From Sediminibacterium sp. (lineage in GTDB: Bacteria; Bacteroidota; Bacteroidia; Chitinophagales; Chitinophagaceae): 64,000 bases of DNA. The DNA lies in assembly GCA_030726065.1 (NCBI GenBank), contig JANREK010000006.1, forward strand, positions 46,002 through 110,001, in the 5' to 3' direction. The notes beneath the pieces were generated by a model. The model was not told the origin of the DNA and made no database searches. It worked only from the letters and a program-made list of their open reading frames with translations. This document shows positions 19,178 to 29,977 of the stretch, piece by piece (within the stretch, counting starts at the first letter, position 1; each line of letters opens with the position of its first letter). Made by a program: the position numbers and the translations under genes.

Positions 19178-20476
19178 TTACTCAGCAATCAGTTGTTCCA
19201 TTTGAATACCCCTGGAACCTTTGATTAAGATGGTGTGTTGGACAAAATTTTGATCGTTCAGCCATTTTTTTGCAGCCACCACGGTATCAAAAAAATTATA
19301 ATGGTGCGTGCAATCTTTGAATTCAGTACCTACCAAAACCACTTTTGTCCAAGTAGTTTGTTGTAGTTGTTCGACCAAAGCTTGATGTTCGTTAAATGTA
19401 GCTTCGCCTAATTCCTTCATTCCGCCCAGGCAAATAATTTTATTTTCAGCGGCTAACTTTGCAAAATTATCAACCGCAACTTTCATGCTACTTGGATTGG
19501 CGTTATATGCATCCAAAATTATTTGATTGTTTTTCCAACCGGTTAATTGGGAGCGACTATTGGAAGGTGCATAATTTTCAATCGTACTTTTTATTTTTTC
19601 AATGGGTACTTTAAAATACTGTCCAATGCAAACTGCGGCAAGTACGTTGGGTAGGTTGTAGTCGCCTACTAATTGTGTTTGTATTTTGTCAAGTAAGGTT
19701 CCTTTGGTGAAAACCACTTGTAACAATCCATTATTGGTTTGCGGTTGGCCTTGTAATTCACCATGCGTATTTCCGTAAGTGATTATATTTTCAATACCTG
19801 AACTCATTGTATTTAAATAATCATAATCCTTCATTACAAATACGGCGCCATTATTTATTTTAAGGTAATCATATAATTCACCCTTACCTTTTTTTACTCC
19901 TTCCTCGGAACCAAATCCTTCCAAATGTGCTTTACCGCAATTGGTAATCATCCCATAGTTGGGCATTGCGTATTGGCAATAACTTCCTATCTCATTTAGG
20001 TGGTTTGCACCCATTTCAATCACTGCCATTTGCGCATCTGATTGAACGCTTAATAGGGTAAGTGGAACACCTATATGATTATTTAGATTCCCAACGGTCG
20101 TGTATGTTTTGAAGTGGGTGCTAAGTACTGCAGCAATTAATTCCTTGGTGGTTGTTTTGCCGTTACTTCCTGTGATTGCAATAAATGGAATATCGAATTG
20201 TTGCCTGTGATGCTTTGCTAAATCTTGCAAAGTGGTTAGCACATCCCTTACTTGTAAAATTCGATCATCAATGGCTTCGCTATTAGGTATGGCTTCATCC
20301 ACCACTGCAAATGATGCGCCAGCTTCTAGTGCAGATGAAGCAAAAACATTCCCATTAAAATTTGGGCCTTTCAATGCGAAATAAATATCCCCTAGTTTTA
20401 ATTTTCGTGTATCCGTTTGAACACTTGAACTTTTTTTGAAAATTTCGTATAAAAAAGCAATAGATGGTAATTGCAT
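19178..20476 (-). CDS. murF: UDP-N-acetylmuramoyl-tripeptide--D-alanyl-D-alanine ligase
   Basis: 432 aa. Mur ligase P-loop ITGSNGKTTTKE, DAYNANPSSM motif and MurF-type N-terminal domain. Confidence 0.92.
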   Translation of the reverse strand: MQLPSIAFLYEIFKKSSSVQTDTRKLKLGDIYFALKGPNFNGNVFASSALEAGASFAVVDEAIPNSEAIDDRILQVRDVLTTLQDLAKHHRQQFDIPFIAITGSNGKTTTKELIAAVLSTHFKTYTTVGNLNNHIGVPLTLLSVQSDAQMAVIEMGANHLNEIGSYCQYAMPNYGMITNCGKAHLEGFGSEEGVKKGKGELYDYLKINNGAVFVMKDYDYLNTMSSGIENIITYGNTHGELQGQPQTNNGLLQVVFTKGTLLDKIQTQLVGDYNLPNVLAAVCIGQYFKVPIEKIKSTIENYAPSNSRSQLTGWKNNQIILDAYNANPSSMKVAVDNFAKLAAENKIICLGGMKELGEATFNEHQALVEQLQQTTWTKVVLVGTEFKDCTHHYNFFDTVVAAKKWLNDQNFVQHTILIKGSRGIQMEQLIAE

Positions 20477-20480
20477 AAAA

Positions 20481-20960
20481 CTATTTAGTCGCTAATAAAC
20501 AAGTTGCGTAGGCTACTAAGCCTTCTTCTCTTCCGACAAATCCCATTTTTTCAGTGGTAGTTGCTTTGATGGAAATTGCATCAACACTTATATTTAAAAT
20601 TTCGGCAATGCAAGTTTGCATCGCTTGTACGTGTGGTTTTATTTTTGGCGCTTCCAGACATAAAGAAGAATCGATATTAATAATATAATATCCCTTCTCA
20701 GTAATTAAATCGTAAGTTCTTTTTAATAAAATTTTACTATCAATATTTTTGTATGCATTATCATTATCTGGGAAGTGGGTACCAATATCACCTAAACTTA
20801 ATGCGCCCAATAATGCATCACAAATTGCATGTAATAAAACATCGGCATCGCTATGCCCAAGTGCGCCTTTTGTATGTGGAATTTTAATACCTCCAATCCA
20901 TAAACCACGACCTTCTACAAGCTGATGAAAATCAATACCTGAGCCAATGCGTATATTCAT
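20481..20960 (-). CDS. ispF: 2-C-methyl-D-erythritol 2,4-cyclodiphosphate synthase
   Basis: 159 aa. It has IGSGIDFH, GHSDADVLLHA and SIKATTTEK motifs. Confidence 0.95.
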   Translation of the reverse strand: MNIRIGSGIDFHQLVEGRGLWIGGIKIPHTKGALGHSDADVLLHAICDALLGALSLGDIGTHFPDNDNAYKNIDSKILLKRTYDLITEKGYYIINIDSSLCLEAPKIKPHVQAMQTCIAEILNISVDAISIKATTTEKMGFVGREEGLVAYATCLLATK

Positions 20961-20967
20961 GGGTTAT

Positions 20968-22470
20968 TTATTTTTTTCTTCCAAAACTGAAAATGCTAGT
21001 TTTTGGAGGCGCTTCATAAAAAGCGGACATCGCACATCTAAATCCAATATTGTTACTTGATTTATTTTGGTCCAAATATCTTCTGGTTCCTGGATTTAAC
21101 CAATAAGGTCGGTCCTTCCAGCTACCACCTTTATATACCCTAGATTTATTTGAAATTAATGTGGTAATACCTGATTCGTAACTAGCATTATCTGCGTCGT
21201 CACCATCCAAAGCATTTATGGCATCAGCATGATCATAGTTGCGTAATTTTAATGCTGAATCAGATTCGATTTGTTTTATGACTCTACCTTTTGCATCACG
21301 ACGACTTCCTTTCGCTAATTTGGTATCGTTAGATTGGAATACATTTCCACGAAATGGATTAAAGTCATCCATATCCACTGTATTCATGGGGCGGTAAACA
21401 TCTGCTACCCACTCATTCACATTGCCTGCTAAATTGTATAATTTTAAACTTGGGTTTTGCAAATGGCTACTCACTTTATCAACCATACCATTGGACTCGT
21501 TGATATAACCTGTCATTCCTTTATAATCTCCGCTGCCGTTTTTGAAATTGGCTAAAAACAATCCTTGCGTTTTACCTTTTTTTGAATCTCTGATATTATT
21601 GTTGCCGCTGCCACTCCAAGGAAAAGGCAAATCAGAAGAGGTAAGTTGTGCGTTTTTATTTTTAGCATTACCCCCATTTTTTAATGCAGTAGTAGATGAT
21701 CCACTTACTAAAGTTGTTTTTGCTGCATATTCCCACTCGGCTTCAGTAGGCAAACGATAGTCGGCAGTCATCACACCATCTTCAAAACTAATTTTTAATT
21801 TAGGTGCATCTTCGCCTTTTTTTGGTTTTTTATTTGCTATTTTATTAGTTGGAGCTACATTGTATTCGTCAGTCAAATAAGCTTCCTTGTTAAAGTTATT
21901 CGCACCTACTGGCTTGTTCGCATCATTCTTCGCATCAATATATCCTAGCTTAGTTAATAGTTTTTCGTTCACTCTATCTGTTCTCCATTTGCAATATTCA
22001 TTTGCTTGATTCCATGAAATTCCCACAACAGGATAATCATTAAATGAAGGGTGTCTGAAATAGGCCTCTACCATGGGTTCATTATAGGCAAGTTCACTAC
22101 GCCAAACTAAAGTGTCTGGCCTTGCTTCATTAACAATTGAATCTTGATTAGTAGGTAGGTATACCTTTTCAAGCCAATGCAAATATTCTTTGTAATTTTT
22201 ATTACTTACTTCCTTTTGATCAAGGTAAAATGAGCTAACAGTAACTCTTCTTAAGCGGTTATTCCAATCTCCAATTACATCTTCCTGGTTTACGCCCATG
22301 GCGAATGTACCACCTTGAATACGTGTCATACCCTCATAAGGGTCATTTTTAGCATCAACGAGCATGCTATTAGACAGGGTTTTGAATGTTTTATTTTCAT
22401 TTGAATTAAATAGTACGGGACTAATTAATAACATTGCGAAAAACAATAAAATACTATTTATAAAATTCAT
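20968..22470 (-). CDS. gldJ: gliding motility / T9SS-associated protein GldJ (SUMF1/FGE-fold family)
   Basis: 500 aa. It has the GldJ-type blocks PDTLVWR, YFRHPSFNDYPVVGISW, KWRTDRVNE, YRLPTEAEWEYAA and YKGGSWKDRPYWLNPGTRRY...IGFRCAMS. It sits next to porU-porV as in Flavobacterium. The N-terminus has a signal or anchor sequence but no Cys. Confidence 0.85.
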   Translation of the reverse strand: MNFINSILLFFAMLLISPVLFNSNENKTFKTLSNSMLVDAKNDPYEGMTRIQGGTFAMGVNQEDVIGDWNNRLRRVTVSSFYLDQKEVSNKNYKEYLHWLEKVYLPTNQDSIVNEARPDTLVWRSELAYNEPMVEAYFRHPSFNDYPVVGISWNQANEYCKWRTDRVNEKLLTKLGYIDAKNDANKPVGANNFNKEAYLTDEYNVAPTNKIANKKPKKGEDAPKLKISFEDGVMTADYRLPTEAEWEYAAKTTLVSGSSTTALKNGGNAKNKNAQLTSSDLPFPWSGSGNNNIRDSKKGKTQGLFLANFKNGSGDYKGMTGYINESNGMVDKVSSHLQNPSLKLYNLAGNVNEWVADVYRPMNTVDMDDFNPFRGNVFQSNDTKLAKGSRRDAKGRVIKQIESDSALKLRNYDHADAINALDGDDADNASYESGITTLISNKSRVYKGGSWKDRPYWLNPGTRRYLDQNKSSNNIGFRCAMSAFYEAPPKTSIFSFGRKK

Positions 22471-22583
22471 AGTAAATGCGGGGTCAAATTAGTGATAAAA
22501 TATACAGCGAATATAACTAGTTTTTGCTCATTTTATTCATATGTATTTAGAATCTTATGTTAGTAAAAGCTTAATTTTAGCTT

Positions 22584-25500
22584 ATGAGATGGGGTGTATT
22601 ATACATTTTATTCAGTTCGCTATTTTTTTCAACCAATATTAGCGCGCAATTTGTGCCGTTTTCACCAGGGAAATGGGTTAAAATTGCTGTGTCAAAACAG
22701 GGCGTTTATCAGGTCACGGGCGCCCAACTTAAATCCTGGGGTTTGACCGTTCCATTCACGAGCGCGCAACTTCAATTATTTAATTTGAATACGGCCAATT
22801 TAGTTGAAAGAGTAAGTGCAAATATGGGGGTAGGATTCAACGAAAATGCTATTGAAATGCAGGACGGGGGAGATGGTCAATTTGATAATCAAGATTACTT
22901 TTTATTTTATAGCCAAGGGAATATTCAATGGAAATGGAATGGATCATTACAATTATTCGAGCATAATAAAAATATATATGGCGATTCAGTGTACTACTTT
23001 ATTTCACTAGGGAAGGATGGAAAAAGAATACAAAAGCCAAATTCAAATTATATTGCGAATGCAACTACTGATGTTTTTGATGAAAGATGGGTGATGGAGA
23101 AAGACACGATCAATCTTTTAAACAGTGGCCAAATTTGGTGGGGGCCAGCCATGGGCTTAGGTTTAGGGAAGCAAGCTAAAATCACAACCTCCTTAAATAT
23201 GGAGGGTTTAGTCAATCCGTCTGATTTAATTTTTAAATTGAATTATGCGGCAGCAAGCACCGCTTCTGCTGCGAATTTTGAGTTGACCTTGAATGATCAA
23301 AAATTAAGAACAACCATCGTCGCACCCATTTCGGGATATATATATGATGATGCTGCAAATATAGTATTGGATACATTCAGAATACCCTTGACCAATAATT
23401 TGATGAGCACAAATTTAGTAACCGCAAACTTAGGGGTGGGCTATCTAAGTGCGAATGCAAATAGTAAAGGCTGGATTAATTATATCACGCTCCAGGCAAA
23501 AAGAAAAATTGGTTTTTATGGCGGGGCTAAGTCGGTCGCATTTCGAAACACCAGTTTGGTGGGGAATGGCAAATTAATACAATATCAAATCAAAGATGCC
23601 GATGCATCCACTAAAATTTGGGAGGTGACTCAGCCCGAAAATCCGGTGGAGATGGTAAATAATTTTCAAAACGGGGTTGCCAGTTTCATTCAAAGGGCAG
23701 ATACTTTGCGTGAGTTTTTTGCCGTCAATAAATTAGGATATGAAACACCTAGTTTGGTGGAAGTGTTAAACATCGACTATCCGAGTTTATTAAATACCCC
23801 TGCCGCGGATTATATCATTATAACTGCATCTAATTATTTAAAAGCGGCGGACAGTTTAGCGAAATTTCATGCGGTAAATAATGGCTTGGCTACTTTCGTA
23901 ACCACCACTGCGCGTGTATTTAATGAGTTTTCAGGAGGCCAGCCAAGCCCCATTGGCATTAGGAATTATGTCAAATATATTTACGATAAGGCGAAGAAAA
24001 ATAATACAATCACTCCAAAATATTTGTTGTTATTAGGTATCGGAAATTTTGATTATAAAAAAATAGATAACCAAATACAAGTACCTAGTTATGAAAGCGT
24101 CAGTTCAAATTCTGTTTTATCAAGTTATACCACGGACGATTTTTTTGCTATTTTAAAAGACGGGAAAGATATTAATTCGCCGCAAGGAATTCAGTCATTG
24201 GCTTTGTCAGTTGGGCGACTGCCTGTTAAAAATGCAGTAGATGCAGAAGCGACCGTTAAAAAATTAATGCAATACCAAAGTCAAAAAAATTTAGGTGCAT
24301 GGCGTAATCAAATAACCTGGATAGCAGATGATGGTGATTATAATTTGCACTTGCAACATGCCGAAGAAATTTCAACAGGATTGAAGCTAAATCAACCCAA
24401 GTGGAATCAGAAAAAAATATACCTGGATTTATTTCCTGCGATAAATTCTTCTGCAGGTAATACATATCCGTTGGCGAATAATATGATTAAGCAAATGGTG
24501 AATAATGGAACTTTAATTTTGAACTATACAGGGCATGGAAATTATACACGATTGGCAGAGGAAGCGGTGATTACTCAAAATGAAATTTTGCAGTGGGACA
24601 ATGTGGGTAAACTTCCCTTGATGATTACTGCCAGTTGTGATTTTGCGCCATTTGACCAACCGCAAATTTCACCAATTGGTTTTGATGCTTTTGTGAAAAA
24701 CGAAAAAGGGATTATTGGGCTAGTGGCCGCAAGTCGGTTGGTTTTTGCTTTTAATAACAAGGAAATAAATGAGGAGTTTGTTCAGCAATTATTAGTTTCT
24801 GACCCCCTTGATAATTATAAAAGTATTGGTGCCGCCTTGCAAAATGCAAAATCAAATTATTGGAAAAAGGGGAGTGATTATACCAACGCCTTTAAATTTA
24901 ATTTAATGGGTGATCCTGCAATGCAATTAGCGAAACCAAAGTACATGGTTGACTTAGCGCGGATCAATCAAAAAATATTCAAAGGGAAGGACACCTTAAA
25001 AGCGGGTGGAAAGTATCAAGTAGCCGGATCCATTAAGGCCAATGGAAATCTGCTCAATAATTTTGATGGTTTGATTGAATTTACTTTATTTGATATTCTA
25101 AAAAAACAAAAAACGTTGGCGAATGCTTCATCAAGTATACCGGTAAATGTTTCTACACAAGACGATATTTTATTTAAAGGGAATGCAATTGTAACCAAAG
25201 GATTATTCACGGTTGATTTTATTTTACCAAAGGAGGTAGCCATCAATCAAGGGGCTTTAAGAATGCAATTATATGCAACCAATAATATGGGTAATGTGGA
25301 TGCCATTGGTATTTATGATAGTTTGTTTGTAAATGCTTTTTCAGAAAATGTTTCAACGGACACCACTGGACCTGTTTTTGAAAAAGTATTCATCAATGAC
25401 ACTTTAAACCAGTACAAACAAAAAACTTGGATTAACGCGAATTCAAATTTATATATCAATTTAAAAGATAGTTCAGGTATTCAAACTTCAGGAAACTCAT

Positions 25501-26018
25501 TAGGGCATGATATTAGTTTGGTCATTGATGGAGAAGCGCAAAGCCCCGTTATTTTAAATAATTATTACACAGCAGATGTGAATACCTATCAAAGTGGTAA
25601 AATAAAATATGCACTTCCTATATTAGGTACAGGTGCTCATCAACTCATTATTAAAGCCTGGGATTTAATAGGAAACTCCAATAAGGATACCATTAATGTA
25701 ATTGTACCCAATAGTCAGACTTTGGCCGTTAAAAATTTAACAAATTACCCTAATCCAGTGCAATCTAGCACGCGTTTTAGCTTTGAAATTAGCCAGCTAA
25801 AGGATGCGAATAAGTCGCTTATATATACCATTGAAATATATAATAATATAGGAATAAAGCAGTTGACCAAAACTTTTGAGGGCCCGCTTCATAATAGGGT
25901 TGTGTTATCAAATGTTATGGACTTAGGGACGCTGCCCGAAGGCACCTACTTTTATAAATTGATTGTGAAGGATGACCAACAAGAAATACAACTCACAAAT
26001 AAGTTTATTAAAAATTAG
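22584..26018 (+). CDS. porU: type IX secretion system sortase PorU (C25 gingipain-like peptidase)
   Basis: 1144 aa. It has a signal peptide, a C25-like caspase-fold core (YLLLLGIGNFDY, NYTGHGN, ITASCDF with the catalytic His/Cys context) and a C-terminal T9SS sorting-domain-like end (LTNYPNPVQSSTRFSFEI...GTYFYKLIV). Confidence 0.85.
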   Translation: MRWGVLYILFSSLFFSTNISAQFVPFSPGKWVKIAVSKQGVYQVTGAQLKSWGLTVPFTSAQLQLFNLNTANLVERVSANMGVGFNENAIEMQDGGDGQFDNQDYFLFYSQGNIQWKWNGSLQLFEHNKNIYGDSVYYFISLGKDGKRIQKPNSNYIANATTDVFDERWVMEKDTINLLNSGQIWWGPAMGLGLGKQAKITTSLNMEGLVNPSDLIFKLNYAAASTASAANFELTLNDQKLRTTIVAPISGYIYDDAANIVLDTFRIPLTNNLMSTNLVTANLGVGYLSANANSKGWINYITLQAKRKIGFYGGAKSVAFRNTSLVGNGKLIQYQIKDADASTKIWEVTQPENPVEMVNNFQNGVASFIQRADTLREFFAVNKLGYETPSLVEVLNIDYPSLLNTPAADYIIITASNYLKAADSLAKFHAVNNGLATFVTTTARVFNEFSGGQPSPIGIRNYVKYIYDKAKKNNTITPKYLLLLGIGNFDYKKIDNQIQVPSYESVSSNSVLSSYTTDDFFAILKDGKDINSPQGIQSLALSVGRLPVKNAVDAEATVKKLMQYQSQKNLGAWRNQITWIADDGDYNLHLQHAEEISTGLKLNQPKWNQKKIYLDLFPAINSSAGNTYPLANNMIKQMVNNGTLILNYTGHGNYTRLAEEAVITQNEILQWDNVGKLPLMITASCDFAPFDQPQISPIGFDAFVKNEKGIIGLVAASRLVFAFNNKEINEEFVQQLLVSDPLDNYKSIGAALQNAKSNYWKKGSDYTNAFKFNLMGDPAMQLAKPKYMVDLARINQKIFKGKDTLKAGGKYQVAGSIKANGNLLNNFDGLIEFTLFDILKKQKTLANASSSIPVNVSTQDDILFKGNAIVTKGLFTVDFILPKEVAINQGALRMQLYATNNMGNVDAIGIYDSLFVNAFSENVSTDTTGPVFEKVFINDTLNQYKQKTWINANSNLYINLKDSSGIQTSGNSLGHDISLVIDGEAQSPVILNNYYTADVNTYQSGKIKYALPILGTGAHQLIIKAWDLIGNSNKDTINVIVPNSQTLAVKNLTNYPNPVQSSTRFSFEISQLKDANKSLIYTIEIYNNIGIKQLTKTFEGPLHNRVVLSNVMDLGTLPEGTYFYKLIVKDDQQEIQLTNKFIKN

Positions 26019-26047
26019 TCCCCATTAACTATCTTTACTTTATTATA

Positions 26048-27202
26048 ATGAAAATCATGAAAAACGCATTATCGGTCATATTGGGAATGAGAAAATTGGG
26101 CATCGTGTTTTTAGCTTTATTTTTTATTTCTCAAGGGGTATATGCGCAAATTTATAATAAGCGAATTAATACAGCGGTTCCCTTTATGCGCATATCACCT
26201 GATGCAAGATCGGCGGGTATGGGAAACTTATCCTTAGCAATGTCACCTGAAGCCAACGATTTGTTTGGCAATACCGCAAAGTTGCCAATGTTGGAAAAGA
26301 ACTCCGGCTTTTTAATCAATTATACACCCTGGTTAAAGGATTTGGGTTTGTCGGATGTTTATTTGGCGAGTATGGGTTACTATAAAAAGTTAAATGAGTT
26401 TAGTAGTATTAATAGTTCCTTGCGATTTTTTAGTTTGGGAAATATTACTTTTTCAGATGAATATGGAACGCAGTATTTAGATACCAAACCTTCTGAATTT
26501 AGTTTTGATGCGGGGTATAGTATATTATTAACACAAAATTTAAGTTTGGGCGTTTCCTTGCGTTATATCAATTCAAGGTTGGTTCAAGGGGCACTATTAA
26601 ATTCAAGTACCAATTTTAGAGCCGGCAATACGCTCGCAGGTGACATTAGTTTGTTTTTTAAGCAAAATCAAAATGGACAAGGATTTCATGCAGGTTTATT
26701 GATGTCAAATTTGGGGGGTAAAATAAATTACTCCAATGAAAATACAAGGAAGTATTTCATTCCAGCCAATCTGGGATTTGGTTTGGGATACTTAACTAAA
26801 TTTGACAGTGATAATTCCCTAGAATTTGGAATTGATGTAAACAGATTATTAGTGCCTGCATATCCTGATCTTTCCACCGGCGGAACTGATGATCAATATT
26901 TTAATCAATCCGTGGTTTCAAGTTGGTTCAATTCCTTTACAAAACAATATGGTCCACCATTAGGGGAAACATTGAAGGCTTCCGTTGGGGCTGAATATAA
27001 TTATAACAGCATATTTTATTTAAGAACTGGGTATACTTATGAATCTCAAGTTTCAAGTAATGGCCAATATTTTACATTAGGTACTAGTTTTCAGTACCTT
27101 CAAAGCAAGTTTAATATATCTTATTTAGTGCCTTCGGGGGGTGGGTTATCAAGAAATCCATTATCTAATACCATCAGATTTGGATCCATCTTTTATTTTT
27201 AA
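26048..27202 (+). CDS. porV: T9SS outer-membrane beta-barrel shuttle protein PorV (LptO)
   Basis: 384 aa. It has a signal peptide, the N-terminal block AVPFMRISPDARSAGMGN characteristic of the PorV family, alternating beta-strand pattern and a terminal aromatic residue (F). It lies directly downstream of porU. Confidence 0.85.
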   Translation: MKIMKNALSVILGMRKLGIVFLALFFISQGVYAQIYNKRINTAVPFMRISPDARSAGMGNLSLAMSPEANDLFGNTAKLPMLEKNSGFLINYTPWLKDLGLSDVYLASMGYYKKLNEFSSINSSLRFFSLGNITFSDEYGTQYLDTKPSEFSFDAGYSILLTQNLSLGVSLRYINSRLVQGALLNSSTNFRAGNTLAGDISLFFKQNQNGQGFHAGLLMSNLGGKINYSNENTRKYFIPANLGFGLGYLTKFDSDNSLEFGIDVNRLLVPAYPDLSTGGTDDQYFNQSVVSSWFNSFTKQYGPPLGETLKASVGAEYNYNSIFYLRTGYTYESQVSSNGQYFTLGTSFQYLQSKFNISYLVPSGGGLSRNPLSNTIRFGSIFYF

Positions 27203-27256
27203 CATATTCCTAATTTACTGTGGTTATTTCAGGTGCTAATTCCTTTGATTTTTACT

Positions 27257-27264
27257 TACTTTTG
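27257..27264 (+). promoter_or_regulatory. -7 box TACTTTTG, 5 nt upstream of the dut ATG
   Basis: Exact TAnnTTTG match; the ATG is at 27270. Confidence 0.4.
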
Positions 27265-27269
27265 TTGAC

Positions 27270-27710
27270 ATGCCACACCAAGTCCAAATTGTAAATAATA
27301 GTCATCATCCCTTGCCGGTTTATGCAACAACTGGATCCTCAGGCATGGACGTAAGGGCATTTCTAACATCACCCATTACATTAGCCCCCATGCAAAGATG
27401 TTTGATACCCACTGGACTTTCTTTAGCCATTCCTGAAAATTGGGAAGCACAAATTCGACCGCGAAGTGGATTAGCCATTAAGCAAGGTATTACCTGTTTA
27501 AACACGCCAGGAACTATTGATGCAGATTACAGAGGAGAAATAAAAGTAATTTTAATAAATTTATCTCAGGAGCCCCAAACAATAAATGATGGCGATCGGA
27601 TTGCGCAAATGGTTTTTCAATCTGTCGAAAAAGCAGATTGGGAATTGGTTGTTGCATTAGACGAAACGCAAAGAGGAGCTGGTGGATTTGGGCATACTGG
27701 AAAAAAATAA
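27270..27710 (+). CDS. dut: dUTP diphosphatase
   Basis: 146 aa. It has [22 protein letters not shown] and [10 protein letters not shown] motifs. Confidence 0.95.
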   Translation: MPHQVQIVNNSHHPLPVYATTGSSGMDVRAFLTSPITLAPMQRCLIPTGLSLAIPENWEAQIRPRSGLAIKQGITCLNTPGTIDADYRGEIKVILINLSQEPQTINDGDRIAQMVFQSVEKADWELVVALDETQRGAGGFGHTGKK

Positions 27711-27718
27711 TTAAATAC

Positions 27719-28564
27719 ATGGTGCAACAAAAATATTTATTGGGGTTTTTATTGCTACTAGTGTCTTCTTGCGCCACATTTAAAAAAGTACAAATCATTC
27801 AAGATGCAGTATCTAAAAGCGATACAACCAAACGCCAATTTGTTGCAGAAATAAAAAAAGTAGATTCCCTTGCCATAGTTAAAAATATATTAAGCAAAAT
27901 TGCTATCGCAAAGCTTGATTATAAAACAATGAATGCAAGGATAAAGGTAGAATACGAGTCTGCTAAAAATGCTGATTCTTACATTGCTAATGTGAGTATG
28001 ATTAAGGACAGTCAAATTTATATTACGATTCGAGGTGCGATGGGTGTGATTGGGATCAAGGCTTTCATAAAAAAAGATAGTGTTGTTTTGTTGTATCCTT
28101 TAAATAAAACAAAAAGTGTTGAGCGTAGGCCTATAAGTTACCTCCAGGAAGTAGTAAAAATTCCATTCACCTTCAGTACCCTTCAGGATTTAATTTTAGG
28201 AAATCCAATTTTCATGGACAGCACCAGTATCTTATCCTATAAATCCAATAACAATCAATTTCAAGTAAGTTTAATGGGAAGGTTGTTTAAGAATTTGGTG
28301 ATTTTAAATAATGATAATTCTAAAGTATTGCATTTGAAATTAGATGATGTAGACGTAAATCAGCACCGTACTTGCGATATTATTTATGCAAATCATGTCA
28401 ATGTTGGGCCATATCAGTTTCCGTTAAACAGAACCCTTTCAATTGTAGCACAGCAGAAACTGGATATTCAAATGGAAGTGAAGGTATTTACATTTAACGA
28501 GCCTGTCAAATATACTTTTGCCATACCTAAAGTGGGTATACCTAAAACGGGTAAGCGGAAGTAA
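27719..28564 (+). CDS. DUF4292-like (LolB-fold) lipoprotein
   Basis: I place the start at ATG 27719 (MVQQKYLLGFLLLLVSSC, lipobox). The track's start at 27638 overlaps dut. The position between dut and an M23 peptidase is a common Bacteroidota arrangement. The family assignment is from memory of this gene context and is not verified. Confidence 0.65.
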   Translation: MVQQKYLLGFLLLLVSSCATFKKVQIIQDAVSKSDTTKRQFVAEIKKVDSLAIVKNILSKIAIAKLDYKTMNARIKVEYESAKNADSYIANVSMIKDSQIYITIRGAMGVIGIKAFIKKDSVVLLYPLNKTKSVERRPISYLQEVVKIPFTFSTLQDLILGNPIFMDSTSILSYKSNNNQFQVSLMGRLFKNLVILNNDNSKVLHLKLDDVDVNQHRTCDIIYANHVNVGPYQFPLNRTLSIVAQQKLDIQMEVKVFTFNEPVKYTFAIPKVGIPKTGKRK

Positions 28565-28587
28565 TCACGATAGCGAAAAAAAATATT

Positions 28588-29931
28588 ATGTTTAAAAAAA
28601 TCATTCTTTTTGTTTTATTATTAATTTTTGCCAATGCGAATGTACAAGCACAAGCAAATGGTTCAAGGGAAGATTTGCAAAAGGAAGAGCAGTCTATTCG
28701 TAAGGAGTTAGATGACTTGAATCGATTATTAGAACAAACTAAAAAAAATAAAAAAAGTTCCTTGGGGAAATGGGCGGTCATTCGAGATAAAATTAGAAAA
28801 AGAGAGGCTTTAATTAATGGGATCAAAAAGCAGGTGCAAATTTTAGATAATGCTATTTATACCAACCAATTAGATATTCAAAAATTAAATAAGGATTTAG
28901 ATACCTTAAAATCGAGGTATGCCAAGAGTATCATCTTTGCTTACAAAAGTCGCAGTGGGTATGAATACTTAAGTTTTTTATTTTCAGCCAACAGTTTTAA
29001 TGACGCAGTAAAGCGGATTACCTATTTGAAAAGTTATCGACAAAATAGGACTGCGCAAGCGCAAGCCATTGATTTATCTCAAAAGTATTTAGGGGTAAAA
29101 ATTGAAACATTGAGTTCAAATAAAAAAGACCGATTGAAAACTTTGAATGTTCAAAATGACCAATTGAAAGTTTTGGTGGCGGATAGAAAAGAGCAGGATA
29201 AAGTGGTGAAACAATTAAAAAGTAAGGAGCAAGAAATTACTGCACAAGTGCGTCAAAAGGAGGCACAACGTAAAAAAATGCAACAAGCAATCTTGACAAT
29301 TATCAGAAGAGAAACTTTAGAAGCAAAGAAAAAGGAGAAAGACAGATTGGCTAAACTAAAAGCCAACAATGATAATACCAAAGCCAAGCCAAGTATTGAA
29401 AATAAAACGGCAACAGCAACTGGCGCCAAGGTAAGCGCAGGAGAAGGGGGATTAAAAAGTACCACGGATAACCGTCCTTATTCTGCATTAGAAACTACAG
29501 AAGAAGGCAGGGAAACATCCGTTTCCTTTGAAACCAATAAAGGTAATTTACCTTGGCCTGTGGATAAGGGATATGTGTATATACATTTTGGTGTTGAAAG
29601 TATTCCTGGTACCAAATTGACTCGAAAAAGTGACGGTATTGAATTAGCAGCACCCAAGGGAACTTCGGTTCGAAGTGTTGCCAACGGAAAGATTTCATAT
29701 GTGGGTGATGTGAATGGTGATTTAACAATTATCATTCAACATGGTAAATACTTCACGATGTATACTTACTTAAATAATGCGACTGTGAATGTGGGACAGG
29801 AAGTGAAAGCAGGAACTGTTTTAGGTAAGTCGGGTGTGAACCTAGATGGGGAGGGTGCCATTTCCTTTATGATTTATAACGAAAAGGGAGTAGCCTTGGA
29901 TCCTGAATCTTGGTTAAAAAACAGAAGGTAG
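28588..29931 (+). CDS. M23 family metallopeptidase with a long N-terminal coiled coil (EnvC-like murein hydrolase activator)
   Basis: 447 aa. It has a signal peptide, about 250 aa of heptad-rich K/E/Q sequence, and a C-terminal LytM/M23 beta-fold (GIELAAPKGTSVRSVANGKISYVG...IIQHGKYFTMYTYL). Confidence 0.85.
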   Translation: MFKKIILFVLLLIFANANVQAQANGSREDLQKEEQSIRKELDDLNRLLEQTKKNKKSSLGKWAVIRDKIRKREALINGIKKQVQILDNAIYTNQLDIQKLNKDLDTLKSRYAKSIIFAYKSRSGYEYLSFLFSANSFNDAVKRITYLKSYRQNRTAQAQAIDLSQKYLGVKIETLSSNKKDRLKTLNVQNDQLKVLVADRKEQDKVVKQLKSKEQEITAQVRQKEAQRKKMQQAILTIIRRETLEAKKKEKDRLAKLKANNDNTKAKPSIENKTATATGAKVSAGEGGLKSTTDNRPYSALETTEEGRETSVSFETNKGNLPWPVDKGYVYIHFGVESIPGTKLTRKSDGIELAAPKGTSVRSVANGKISYVGDVNGDLTIIIQHGKYFTMYTYLNNATVNVGQEVKAGTVLGKSGVNLDGEGAISFMIYNEKGVALDPESWLKNRR

Positions 29932-29977
29932 TTTTTTGCTTTTCTTTTTTTATCTTACAATTAATTAAACGATTGTA

